This document shows, in pieces, positions 13,768 through 26,753 of a stretch of DNA of 64,000 bases. Position 1 is the first letter of the stretch; each line of letters begins with the position of its first letter. The position numbers and the translations under genes were made by a program. Where the stretch lies: positions 308,264,001-308,328,000 of the forward strand of contig OZ024740.1 in the NCBI GenBank assembly GCA_964016885.1, in the 5' to 3' direction. Source of the stretch: Eledone cirrhosa. Lineage: Eukaryota. The notes below the pieces were generated by a model, which was not told the origin of the DNA, made no database searches, and saw nothing but the letters and a program-made list of their open reading frames with translations.

Positions 13768-14550
13768 AATGGGTTGGCAGTAGAGCATTGGACACTATGC
13801 TTTGCATAGAGTTACGGTCCTTTATGTTCTGAGTTCAAATCCTGCCGAGGTTAGCTTTGCCTTTCATCCTTACGGGGGTCGATTTAATTGACTCACCCCC
13901 CAAAAAAATATTTGTTGGCCTTGTGCCAAAATCAGAAATTATATATTATATAGGAAAGTGGCAGAATCGGTAAAGTGCCAGACAAAATATCTTGTGGTAT
14001 TTAGTACCATTGTATTATATATTGAATTCAATTCCCACCAGGGTTAATTTTGCAACAGAGTGGATTCTTCTAAAGGCATTCAAGGACCAAGTGGTGGTGT
14101 TAAACTGGGCAATATGTGCTTTGGTACCAGTGTTACAATCATTTTTAATATTAGTATTAGTAATAGGGCAGTGGATTGGCAGAGCATCGGACATGCTTTA
14201 TGGCATAGGGTTACACCCTTTTATGATCTGAGTTCAAATCTTACAAAGATAAGCTTTGCCTTTCATGCTTATGGGGTCGATAAAATAAAGTATCAGTAAT
14301 GCACTGGGGTTTATTTAATCGACTTTTCTCTGCTCTAAAATTGTTCAGCTTGTGTCTAAATCAAACCTGAATTGGCAGTATCGGTAGAGGGTCGGACATC
14401 ATGCGTTGCAGCAAAGTGTTACGGCCCTTTATGATCTGAGTTCAAATCCCGCCGAGGTTAACTTTGCCTTTCATCCTTACGGGGTCGATGAAATAAAGTA
14501 CCAGTAATGCACTGGGTAATTGCTGGTCTTGTGCCAAAAGTAGAAACAAT
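13768..14550 (+). mobile_element. Cluster of ~4 tandem tRNA-derived SINEs with Nin/Deu-like domain
   Basis: Repeated ttggcag...gagttcaaatcc...tttgcctttcatccttacggggtcgataaaataaagtacc; another copy at ~11960-12175(-). Confidence 0.8.
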
Positions 14551-15489
14551 TATTAGTATTAGTAATAATAGAATAAGATAGGAGAATAACAAATGTACGA
14601 GTGCTAGATACCTTCTGGTATTTAGCTCCATTCCTCTTTATATTTGAAGTACAAATCTCTCTGATACTGATAAAACAAGCACCAGTTACATACTGACTGA
14701 TGTTGCTACAATCAACTCAAACTCCTTTCCATAAATTTGTCTCTTGAGCCAATGTAATATTGTGCATCAGTTACTGAGCTGTTTTTTTTATTTTTTACTT
14801 CAATACATATTTTTGTTCCCATTAATGAGTCTTCTTAGAAATCCATCATTCATCAATCTGTAGGCCTTGCTCTTATTGAAGAGTCTGGGCTTAATCTAAG
14901 AACCCTGCTCTTATTATTTTACAAATAATCTTATAAAATGTTTTTTAAAATTAATGTTTGTATAATTTTCATTATATAAAATAAATTTTGAAATATGTAC
15001 TGTTGTTGTTGTTGTTTTTATTGTCCACTGCTCAACTGCATTGCAGAATCATATAAAATGTTGGCTTCTTTTGACTAGTTACAAAAACACATGTGACAAT
15101 AAAAAATTTACAAATAAAATTCAATGAGTTAATTTGCTGAGGAGTGTAAAAATATTCAGCGTTATGAACTTTATCTTTTTTCATCCTGGTTGAAGAACTC
15201 CAAGTCATAACTGGAAAAAATAAAGGGTAATGTCATAGTAGGAGAGAGGGGGGGGGGGGGGGGTGCTAAAGGAAGGAAGCCTAATGGAGGTGATATCAAA
15301 GATTGTAACTAGAGCAAGGTCAGGTGAGATGGGGGGGAAAAGACATACAACTGGAATGAACTTGTAGTCAGAACTAAAGAATTATAGAAAGGTGTGGAAG
15401 ATGAAAGTTTATATAAATAAAAAAAAAATAATAAAATGGCTTTGCACACATTTTGTCACCATATATTCATTTTCTAACCGATCAAACTT

Positions 15490-16682
15490 AAATATCAGGA
15501 CATGGCAGACAGAATGTCTAAGAAAACAACAATACCCTAATGGGCGCTCCAGTGCTGAATTTTCTGTGTGGCTCATACAAGTAGGACTGGGAGCATTTTA
15601 ATGTATTTTTTGGTACAAACAAATCTCCCTTCAGTACAATATACAAAACTGAGTGAAGAAATTTGAGACCTATGAGAAAGTGGAGAACCTTAATTCAATG
15701 TCTGAAGACCGTCCTATCCATCCTGGACGACCCTGGAAGCGTACTCAGGAAATTATTGACATGGTCTGAGAATCTGTTGAACAGAGTCCAAAATGATCTT
15801 TACGCATAAGCCAAGCTTTGGATCTTTCTACAGAAACTTGTAGAAGGGTTGTCAAAGAGGATCTTAAGAAGTACCCATACAGAATACAGATTAAACAAAA
15901 GTTTACTGTAGGTAATAAGACCAAGAGAAGAGCTATGGTTGAGAAAATGAAAAACAATCCAAATTTTCTGAATCTCTTATTGATCTATGATGAAGCCCAC
16001 TTTCACCTCGAGGAGAAGATCAACGCTAAGAGCAATGTTTTTTGGGGGTTAGAGAAATTGAAGTGGTTGTGAAACCTTTCCACTTGGCTAAATGTACTGT
16101 CTGGGCTCTCATTTCTGAAAGAGGGCTGTTTGGCCCTGGAAGATTTCAAAAAGGAGCTACAGACCATGTACCCATCTCTAATGAATAAGATTTAGTTCCA
16201 GCAAGATGGAGCAAACCCTCTCTCCTCCAGTGGGTTACAAGAAAGATTGAGACTTTGGAAATCGTGTGATCAGTTTGAAAACTGCTTTTGAGTGGGCTCC
16301 ACACGGCCCTGATTTATGCTCCCTCCCACTCCCAGATTTTTTTCTTTGGGGCTCCTCGAAGGATAAGGTATGTCAACAAACCCAGGATCAACACTGAACT
16401 AAAGGAAAACCTCAGCAAGATCAGAGCTATCCCTAGGTCTGTTTGTAAATACTTTATGCTAAACTTTACCATGTGCATCAAAACATACATGGATTCAAAT
16501 GGAGATCATTTGGAACATGTGCTGTAACTCTTGATAGAAACCTCAAAAGATAAAACATTTTTGATATAGTGTTTTTAATGGTGTGAAGTAAATATATTCA
16601 GAGTTTCATCAATTTTTGTCAAAAAATGAATAATGTAGACATAAATAAAAATGGGGTCAGTTTTTTTTTATAGTTACCCTAT
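15490..16682 (+). mobile_element. Degenerate Tc1/mariner (maT/mori-like) transposase pseudogene
   Basis: Fragments LKKYPYRIQ, YDEAHFHL..IN..N..FWG, FQQDGA, WAPHGPDL and NGDHLEHVL, with stops and frameshifts. Confidence 0.8.
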
Positions 16683-17594
16683 ATAAGGTGTGAGAATTGC
16701 TTACATAAATTTTGCAGATGATACAGTTGATCTTTTAGCTTATTTTGCCTCAGTACCATTAAAAATCCCAAAACAACTGTTGGATGTTAATTCAGAATGT
16801 AAAGCAACATAACTTAATGTTACAAGGTAGTTAGTTGAGCACGCTATCATTTTTGCCACTCAAATGTAACTGAATCTTCAAAATATTGATTTTTCACATG
16901 AGCACAAGACTTTAATCTTTGAGGACGAGGATAGTCAATCGAGACCTCAAATATGGAGGTGCATATAGTTGATTAAGACCTCATATTTGAGAATAGATAT
17001 AATCAATCAGATCTGTTTTTGTAGGTAGCGAATTGGCGTAGTCGTTACAGCATAGGGAAAATGACTGGTTGAGGTCTGTGAAAGAAGCCCAGGTATAGGC
17101 CTGGCTTGAGAGCTGCCCGTTGGCTTGCAACTGAGCAAAATTGAGATCTCTCATCATCAAAAGGAACTAAAAATGGAGGATGTCAGTTGATCATGTGTTT
17201 TATTACAATAATATATAAATGTATGTATGATATATATATATATATAGTTATGTAATAAACAACATAAGGCAATTATTCCATTTACCAGTGGTTTCTTAAA
17301 AATAACATTAAAGTTTAATCAAAGAATCGCTGCTTTCACCCTTAACGGGATCTTCTGAAACTAACAAAGTCAAACCCCCTTTGGATTTTAGTCTTCAAAT
17401 TTATTATTATTATTACTATATATATATATATATATGTGTATATTTGAATTGTATTCATTTTTACTGATGCAGGACATTACTATTTTACTCAAATTCTTGA
17501 GTTTTCTATATGTATTTTCTGTCTCTCAACCTGACTGTAATTTTGATTTTCGTTAATTTATCATTTTGTTTCTAATTTTTTTATATTGACAGAC

Positions 17595-17661
17595 GGTCAG
17601 ATAGATAGACAAATAGACAGCTACCTAGACATGTAGATAACTAGATAGATGGATAGACATC

Positions 17662-17709
<48 letters not shown>

Positions 17710-17830
17710 CAGAGAGGTAGATAGATAGATAGACTAACAGACAGCTAGCTAGACAAGTAGATTAGATAAATAGATAGATAGATATAGACAACACACAGCT
17801 AGCTAGACAGGTAGATAAGTAGATAGATAT
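17595..17830. repeat. (GATA)n microsatellite region
   Basis: Direct observation. Confidence 0.9.
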
Positions 17831-17865
17831 ATAGAGTTCATATTTAATTGCCATAAAGTTTACAG

Positions 17866-18013
17866 TTAATCTACACATATTTTCAGCTCCCCTGCCAGGT
17901 ATGGTCGTCCATCAGTATAAGCATAAACCAGAGTTTCATAGAGTGCTGGATCATGTTTCTTGATATATTCTCGTGCACTTTTCTCATTAGGACACACATG
18001 GTTGGTACCACAC
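17866..18013 (-). CDS. Secreted zinc metallopeptidase, exon 7 (terminal): (M)CGTNHVCPNEKSAREYIKKHDPALYETLVYAYTDGRPYLAGELKICVD*
   Basis: ctctgttatcag acceptor; phase 2 matches exon 6; R..I...DP.LY motif typical of the family C-terminus. Confidence 0.85.
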
Positions 18014-18479
18014 CTGATAACAGAGAAGAGAGATTTATGGTAGACAGTGGTTAAGGGTGGGGATGGTTGTGGTGGAGGCAACTTTAGTTGTGTTAATGGT
18101 TTCATTAGTGGTGTGGTGGTGGTGTCGATCACTTTATCGTTTGCTGAAATGGTGGTATTGATATTGAAGGCTTTAATAATTGTTTCTACTTTTGGCACAA
18201 GGCCAGCAATTATCTCAGTGCATTACTGGTGGTTGCACTGGAATAATTGCTGGCCTTGTGCCATTAATAATGGAGGTGATGAAGATTAGTCGCACTTCAG
18301 CCTTGCTCGAGCAGATCTATGATCAAAGTGTTACCATTTCGTCTTTTATTATTGGCAATATCGGTAGAGCGTTAGGCACCCTGCTTCGTGGCCTAGAGTT
18401 ATGCCCCTTTGCGTTCTGAGTTCAAATCCTATCAAGGTTAGCTGTTCTTCATCCTGATGGATAAAGTACCAGTTATGCA

Positions 18480-18782
18480 AAGGGTTGGATTTAGACCTTG
18501 GGGGGCCTGGGGCACTGTAGATTGGGGGGGGGGGTATGTCATGAACAAAAAATTAGAATACATAGCAAACCCCCCAATTTTACAAGTTAGCTTGGCGCAA
18601 GTAATAGGAAATGAAAAGTTATACATACAGGTATTAAATTTTAAAAATCTAACCATCCTGAAATTAAAAAGCCCAGCTGAAGACATAAATAAATTGCTAC
18701 AGTTGTCGCTGGTGGGGCCCCACACACAGGGTGCCCGGGGAAATTGCCTCCTTTTCCCCCTCCCCCATTAAATTCGGCCCTG
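18480..18782. mobile_element. hAT-type MITE inserted in a Nin-domain SINE
   Basis: TIR agggttggattta / taaattcggccctg; TSD gttatgca / gttctgta; the SINE reads through across the insertion. Confidence 0.65.
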
Positions 18783-19984
18783 GTTCTGTACTGGGGTCGA
18801 TTTTTATCGACTTTCCACTCCCCTCCAATTTGCTGCTTTGTGCCTAAATCAGAAGCCATTATTGTTGCAGTTTTTATCTGCCTAGTCATGGTCATGTTGT
18901 GGACGCATTTGAAAGGGTTGAAGACAAGCACTTTCCTCTTCAGTGAAACCCTTATTAACTTTTTAGGTTTCACTTGAAGAGGAAAATCAGGGTGGAGAGG
19001 GAAATGCTGCCTTCCAACCAGTTTGTTGAAAGGTGAGTGAGAGTGGCGAGCATGGTCCAAGTGAATGGACTTGTTCTGAGTAAGTGCCTGTGAATTGGAA
19101 GAGGACAACTAAGAGAGGGCACTTGCCCCAGTAATCAGGGTTTTTGTGGGCTTTCTCCTCATGTGACATTTTGGAGAATTTGTCATGTTTTATTTTTAAA
19201 ATGTTTGTTTTATTAGTCTTTCTTCTAAACATTTTTTTTACACACACACACACAAAAAAACAAAAACATAATGTATCATCCTGTGCCATCTTTATTGTCG
19301 GCTTAATGTCAGCCCTGTGTGGTTAATAAAGAAACCATTATTCATCATTATAGCCCTTTATGTTCTGAGTTCAAATCCCGCCGAGGTTTGCTTTGCCTGT
19401 CATCCTTAAAGGGTTGATAAAATAAAGTACCAGTTACACACTGGGGTCGATTTAATCAACTTTTCTCTTCCCTTTCAAATTGTTGGCATTGTGCCTAAAT
19501 AAGAAACCATTACATATATTTTTTTGGATGGCTGAAAACCTATGGTACACAGCATTTTCTCTACGTAGTTTTGATAGCTGAGTGTGAACCAGTGAGTTGG
19601 AAGAGTTGAGATTAGTTTGAAGTTTAGATGTGGCCATATTGTGTGCAAGTACATCAGTACATGTACCTGCGATATGCTGTGTTGCAAGTCTCCGTGGGTT
19701 TCGACAGTTGTGTGGGCCCACAGCTAGTCCATACTTCAAAAAGCCAGTTGAAGGTCAAGAGAAGAGAAAATATCTCGCAAAATCCCAAATAAATCAATCA
19801 CATACAATTGCTATGGACTGGTGCTTTTGTAAAAATGTGTGTAACAACCATCTGGGTTGTCCAGACTTGATGGGAAAAGATCTGACGGTCTTACCCTTTG
19901 CCTCTGGTCAAGAGGCACAGCGTAAGATGTCCAAACGAGTATTCTCCCCCTCCAACTAACTTACCCCCCACCTCTGGGTCTCAG

Positions 19985-20245
19985 TTATCAGGATGGAGAA
20001 TACATTACTCTGGAGGACGGCAAGGGAGACGCACTGGAACAGCCATCACACTTCGCGGGGCTCGCAACTGTTGGCAGCCAACTCCACTCCAATAGCAGTG
20101 ATTAGGGAGATGTGGTCTGGGGGTCAAGAACGCCGGAAGTTTCCACTTCTCCAGGCTCTACTACAAACCTCATCGGACTGGCGGCCAGCAGAGCCTGGGC
20201 TGATAGCCGAAAACACCAGGTTGCCACTAGAGAAAGAGCTGTTGT
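19985..20245 (-). mobile_element. CRE-like non-LTR retrotransposon 3' fragment (RLE region)
   Basis: Minus strand RFVVEP..VETSGVL; homologous to 56320-56510. Confidence 0.6.
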
Positions 20246-21115
20246 AACAAGAACAGGTCGTAAACACAGTTGGGTGTCAACATTTTATTTTATTTTATTT
20301 CCCTTCTTATATTACAGGATCAGTAAATGTGGAAGTAAATGGAACATGCAGAGAATGTATTGAAAAATTATATTGAATATCTGTGGAATTCAATGTGTAG
20401 CCGTGAATACAGCTGGATGTGCTGTTAAATGTGAATGAGAAATTTCTCTGTTCCTTTTGTACCCACTCAGAAATTTGAAGTGTTCTGTATACTGAGTAAG
20501 GTTAACTGAACAATCTGTTTTCAGAAAAATGTGTTTATGATGAAAGGATTTCGTGAAGTTTGTTGTATGTTGTGTTGTTTTTGTTCTACACATACATATA
20601 CATAAGTAAAGACTGACAAGTGTATGAGTGTGAGTGTATGTGAGTGTGAGTATACATACATTTCTGTGACGACTGACATAACGAACACACACACACACAC
20701 ATATCTAAAGAGAGAGAGGCCGTTATACATAGAGAGATACAATTAAAGTGTACATGTGTATATGTATATATGTGTATGTATGTATATATATATATCAGTG
20801 GCGAATATAATATAAGTGGCGAAGGGTAACCTGGAAAGCAAAGCATGCAGTCCAATCGCCATGGCGGAGAGTGGGGCTGTGCAGCCCCCCCCCCCCCCCC
20901 CAATTCCCTCTAAATGACCCTCCCGGTCAAAGCCGCATGTAGTATTATCTAGTGTGTGTGTATGTGTGTTATCTTTTTATGTGTCTACGATTTAGCAAGC
21001 AGCCAAAATTCTGCTTGCTTCAACCGACGCAATTGATCAACTCAAGATTCTATAACGCATGCACGCACCCTTCCCCCTGATATATATATTGATATATATA
21101 TATATATATATATGT

Positions 21116-21438
21116 ATAATATAAAATCAAAAGATGGTTAAAAGAGTTCCATGTATTTTATTATGCGCATTTGAAAAACAAATCAACATATGTTGATTTG
21201 ACACTTCACTGCTCGCAAGTATTTTTTAAGCTTCATATCATGTCTCCCTATTTTATCTGAGAACGCAAATATCATCCCATGATGATATTTGTTTTTGAAA
21301 TGCGCATAATAAAATACATGGAACTCTTTTAACCATCTTTTGATTTTATATTATTTATACTCCAGTCCTATAAACTGTTGAGTGCTACTAATCCGATATT
21401 TGCATTACTTTATTGTGCTACAATAAAACTCACCTCCT
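21116..21438 (+). mobile_element. Short Penelope-like hairpin-plus-tail insertion carrying a hammerhead
   Basis: Inverted arms 21116-21184 / 21287-21354, then TTATACTCC and a tail; flanked by (TA)n and (CA)n. Confidence 0.7.
21249..21316 (+). ncRNA. Type I hammerhead ribozyme variant (N7 missing)
   Basis: tattttat-CTGAGA-stem II gcaaatatcat/atgatatttgt-GAAA-tgcgca-TA-ataaaata; perfect 8-bp stem I and palindromic stem III. Confidence 0.7.
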
Positions 21439-21523
<85 letters not shown>

Positions 21524-21806
21524 CAAGAAACGAACCGAGCTGTGTGGTTACTGTAAACAAAGTTTAAGATGGTAATAAGGACGAAACAAGAGAAGAGCCC
21601 CTTCGTCAGCTGTTAACTGCAGATCATAGATGTTTCGGAGCTTAAAACAGGACATCGAAAGCGATCAGCAGTGCGCCCAAGGCCTTTTATTGATCAAAAG
21701 GCCATGAGGGAAAGAAAAGAAAAAATAGTGAGGAGAGAGGAAGAAAGAGGAAAAAGGAAAGAGGAAAAAATGAAGTAAACAAACCGAATGGGACACAAGA
21801 CAATGG

Positions 21807-21863
<57 letters not shown>

Positions 21864-21865
<2 letters not shown>

Positions 21866-22563
21866 GTAGATAAATCTACCAAGAGTTTACGGTAGTGTCC
21901 AATCCGTATGAAGAACTCAATGTAATCCGGATATCATGGAAAGAAGAGATGCATTCAAAAATCACTTTCGGTGAAAGATAAACGGAATACAGAGTCAAGA
22001 TAAAATATTAAAAAAATAATGAATAAAACAATGAAACAGTTCCTTATATTAAACAAAAAAAGTTCATTATTTAACGATCGTTTCTAGGACATATATGTGT
22101 TAGAATTGGCATGCATATTCAACAGATCTATGTACAAAATTATACAAAATTATACAAACTATCAAATATAATATACATACCAACACATACATATGCCGTC
22201 TTCAGAAATAATGAAATATATTTATTGATAATAACAACAATTCAAAATTACAGGTCTGTTTGGGAACAGAGTTCAAATTGACCAATGAAATACACAAAAA
22301 TATATCAAGAAAATACAGTTAGGTGTGTGTATATATGTAAGTAACTTCGTTCACAGATATGCATAAAAATATATGTTCACATGCATACGCATGTCGAAAA
22401 AATGTATGTAAATACAAAAATTCAGGGCTAATGTCTCTGTATGTTTATAATCTACAGATAAAATACACATACGTATATAAACATATATACATTCATATAT
22501 ACACACATATACATACATTCACACACACACGCGCATATACACATAAACATACACATACCCATG

Positions 22564-22656
<93 letters not shown>

Positions 22657-22674
22657 GTATATATTATTATTATA
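21864..22674 (-). repeat. 5'-inverted pseudo-LTR of the Penelope-like element
   Basis: 22000-22674 is the reverse complement of 27458-28122; 21864-21884 is the reverse complement of 22873-22894. Confidence 0.85.
22063..22215 (-). ncRNA. Hammerhead ribozyme with long stem II (inverted copy)
   Basis: Reverse complement of 27909-28061 with an intact core. Confidence 0.8.
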
Positions 22675-23043
22675 TATATTATTAATTGTAGAAATGAAGC
22701 AGAAGATTTACATCTAATATTTTTAAACCAGTTAATTACCTGGGAAGTGTTTTCCCAGAGTGGTAAATTAACATGTTTTCTTATTTGTGGGATGACTCTA
22801 TCCACAATTTTTTTGCTAATTATTCCAATATCAGATTTGGAGGGACATATAAGGACATATAAGGACATATAATCTTGGTAGATTTATCTACATAATTTGC
22901 TCCTATTTTCACGGAAATATTCGTATTTTTGTACTGTATATGTGTGTTAATTTTATATTTATGTATATACATATATATGTATGATTTTATAACCCCATAT
23001 ACATTTAGTTGAGCTCTTTCTATTGTCCATTATCCATATCACA

Positions 23044-25480
23044 ATGGAAAAACAATACTTGGGAACCTCTTTAAAGAATATACCAATACCTTCTAAGGAT
23101 GACTTCTTACTCCTTATGATACAGAAAACTAACCAATTTATCAGAAGAGTTAGATGGAGGGCCTACCACTTCGATAAAAAATCTAAATATGCAGATGGGA
23201 AATATATGTATGATTTCAATACTTACAAGAATCCACCACACAACTCTCTACTTGAAGACTTTGAGAAAGACCTTTTTAATTTAATTAAACACCTCAAATT
23301 TAAGAAGTATAAATCTGTCTTTCAAAAGGACCTTGATTCTACCCTATTGGACCTAAAAAAGTCTAAAAAAATCCATGTCCACTCGGACAAAACTGGAAAC
23401 TTGTATCACATGGATATTGAAGATTATAATGAGTTCATATATAAAGAACTCAGGAAAAATTATAAAAAATCTAATAATGCGTCACTCACCAACATCAACA
23501 ACAAAACATACAACATAGTAAATAAACTAAATATTGAAGATAGAACTGAACCTTTGGCATTGAAAAGACCACACTTCAACCTGAAGGATCATAAATCAAA
23601 CTTTAACTCAAATCCTTCTATAAGACTTATATGTCCCTCCAAATCTGATATTGGAATAATTAGCAAAAATATTTTGGATAGAGTCATCCCACAAATAAGA
23701 AAACATGTTAATTTACCACTCTGGGAAAACACTTCCCAGGTAATTAACTGGTTTAAAAATATTAGATGTAAATCTTCTGCTTCATTTCTACAATTTGATA
23801 TAGATAATTACTATTCTTCTATATCACCTATACTCCTGAACAAAGCTTTGATATTTGCTAAAAATAGATCTAACTTAAACTTTGGATGACATTAATATTA
23901 TTACACATGCTAGACTAACACTTATTGAATTTCAGAATGAATACTGGACCAGAAACACATATAGTAATCTATTTGATATTACTATGGGTTCAAGCGATTC
24001 TGCCCAAATTACTGATCTTGTGGGCCTCTTTCTTCTTTTCAACATAAATGCTTCCTTTCCCCACCTTAAAGGTGGTTTATATTGTGATGACTGTCTTCTT
24101 CTTTCCAACAACCTTAGCCTCTCAGAAATAGAAAAAAACAAAAAGCTTATTAGAACTTTCCTTAAAGACTATTATAGTCTTCATATTACTTTTGAAAACA
24201 CAAGTAAAGTAGTTAATTTCCTAGATATAACTTTAGACTTAGCTACGGGTATCTACCAACCTTACCATAAACCCAACCAAAACTTACACTACATACACTC
24301 ACAATCTAATCACCCTAAATCTATCCTTAAAAACCTTGCATATAATATATCACTTAGAATTTCTAACCTTTCGTCTAACCAAGATGTATTTGATAAAAAT
24401 GCGACCTTCTATAACGAAGCTCTAGATAGAAGTGGCCACAAAAATAGATTAGAATATATACCTTCTACTAAAAATACTATAAACATACAACCTAATATTA
24501 CCAACAAACACCAAATGAAAAGTACACACCTAAATGCCACCCACACTATACCCCAAAATACCAACAACTCCTCTAATATAAAGTATAGTAACTCTCAAAA
24601 AACTACTCATCATACAACTCTAATAAATGTTAATAATAAAACTCCTAATAAACAAGATAAAACACCTAAATCAATAAATCTAACTAAACATGTGCGTGGT
24701 GAGGTCATTAATATTAATCCTCCTAGTAAACATCACGATACAACCTATAAAAATAATAAACAACATAGAAACCGTAATAGACGAGTTACTTGGTATAATG
24801 CTCCATTTAATTTACAAATTAAGGATAATATTGCTAAAAAAATTTTTTATATCCTAGAGAAAAACTTCCCGCCAAACCACAAATACCATCAAATCTTAAA
24901 TAGGTCAACAGTTAAATTCTCATACTCAACAACCAAAAACATAAAACAAAATATAAGTGCCTATAATGCATATAAATGTAAAAATACCATAAGTATACCA
25001 CCAATACATCAAACTAACCATAATATCTCCTCAAATACAGAATTAACGAAAGGTTGTAACTGTAGAAACAAAGCAAACTGCCCATTAAAAGGAAATTGTC
25101 TTGTTAACAACATAGTTTATAAATGTAAAGTTAAAACTAAAGATTCTATTTGCTCATATATAGGAGCTACTTCTAACAATTTTAAGGTAAGGTTTAATAC
25201 CCACAAACATAGTTTTTAAAATGCCGCACTGGCTAATACAACATCTCTAGCAGAAAAAATTAATAGTTATAGAAATAAGAATATAGAATATGATATGACA
25301 TGGAGTGTGCTCAAAAGAGCCACCCCTTATCAAAATAATAGAAATGAATGTAGATTATGTTCCCAAGAACTATTTGAAATAATGAAATCTAAGGATATCC
25401 TATTAAATAAGCGACAGGAATTAATTATATCGTGTAATCATAAACTGAGAAAAACATTTAAATATTATAAACCTAATTAA
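23044..25480 (+). mobile_element. Penelope-like retrotransposon (Naiad-type) RT + GIY-YIG ORF, near full length, disrupted
   Basis: N-terminal SLKNIP, RT motifs FDIDNYYSSI, MGS, YCDD and FLDITLDL, CNC..CP..C, VY..YIG, CRLC and CNH; frameshift near 23880 and premature stops at 25217 and ~25262-25272. Confidence 0.92.
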
Positions 25481-26340
25481 TAATATATATTTTAGAAATT
25501 AATATATAATTTAATTTAAATGTAGTTAACCTATAACTTTAATTTAATTAAAATTCTACTACAGATGAGATTAAAAAATATTGTGTAATCATAAATTGTG
25601 AAAAACTTTTAAATATTATTAACATAATTAATATATACTTTCTAAATTAATTTATAGATTAATTTTAGTTTATTTAACCATTTATTAAAATTCCTTTACA
25701 GATGAAATATAACAAAATATCGTGTAATCAATAACAGAGAAATATTTTTTAATATTATAAACCTAATTAATGTACAATTTAGAAATTTATTTATAAATTA
25801 ATTTTAATTTAGTTAACCTATAATTTTAATTTAATTAGCTTAAAATTAAAATTCTAATACAGATGGATTGCAGAATATCATGTAATCATAAACTGAGATA
25901 AACTTTTAAATATATACCTAATTAATATATTCTTTACAATTAAATATATATATATATATATATATTAATTTTAATTTTTGTTAACCTATAATTATATTCT
26001 ACTATAGATAAAATACAAAATCTGCTTTAATTATTATAAACCTAATTAACATATACTATAGAAATTAATATATAATTTTTAATTTAGTTAACCTATAATT
26101 TATATTCTACTACCGATGAAATACTTAATTTGGTTTTCCCTATTACTAAATTCATTTCCTAATATTGATACCATAATGTTAATATTTTAATTTAGTTATG
26201 CTATAATTAATACTCTACTACTGTTTAACTTCAAAATTCCGCTTCAAATATTATAAACCTAAGTAGTATACACCTTAGAAATCAATATATTAACTATTTT
26301 TAATTTAGTTAACCTATAATTAATAGTCTACTTATATTAA
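25420..26340 (+). repeat. Degenerate AT-rich tandem repeats derived from the ORF end
   Basis: tgtaatcataaa...tattataaacctaattaa...agttaacctataa recurs near 25433, 25584, 25723 and 25881, followed by shorter units. Confidence 0.75.
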
Positions 26341-26489
26341 AATGCATAATTTTGCCTTCTTTCTTACATTTCCTAATACTGAAACTACTATGTAAACACA
26401 TATTATGATCTAAATGCAGATTAATATTCTATGTTCCTTGAAACCTATATTTACTATTTCCCACTAATAATTTTAATCCCCTTTCCCCC

Positions 26490-26672
26490 CCATACATATA
26501 TATATATATGTATATATATGTATATGTGTGTGTATATATGTGTCTATATATATATGTGTGTATGTATATATGTATGTGTGTGTGTGTATGTGTATATATA
26601 TTTGTAGAGATGTGTGTATGTATATATATATATGTGTGCATAATTGTCTGACTGTGTGTATTTATTTATTTA

Positions 26673-26753
<81 letters not shown>

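Noticed and set aside
17323-17365. Hammerhead-like motif on minus (CAGAAGA-tccc-gttaa-gggt-GAAA), repeated at ~60721-60762
   Set aside because: Both copies read CAGA rather than CUGA, and there is no valid NUH or stem I
18014-18198. N-terminal part of ORF 17866..18198
   Set aside because: Intronic read-through of SINE and low-complexity sequence upstream of a good acceptor at 18014
22452-22868. ORF with RT-like peptide as a separate gene
   Set aside because: It is the inverted duplicate of 23626-23795 fused to microsatellite
23870-23895. Programmed frameshift between the two Penelope-like ORFs
   Set aside because: Penelope-like elements have a single ORF, no clear slippery heptamer is present, and other inactivating changes exist, so mutation or sequencing error is more likely
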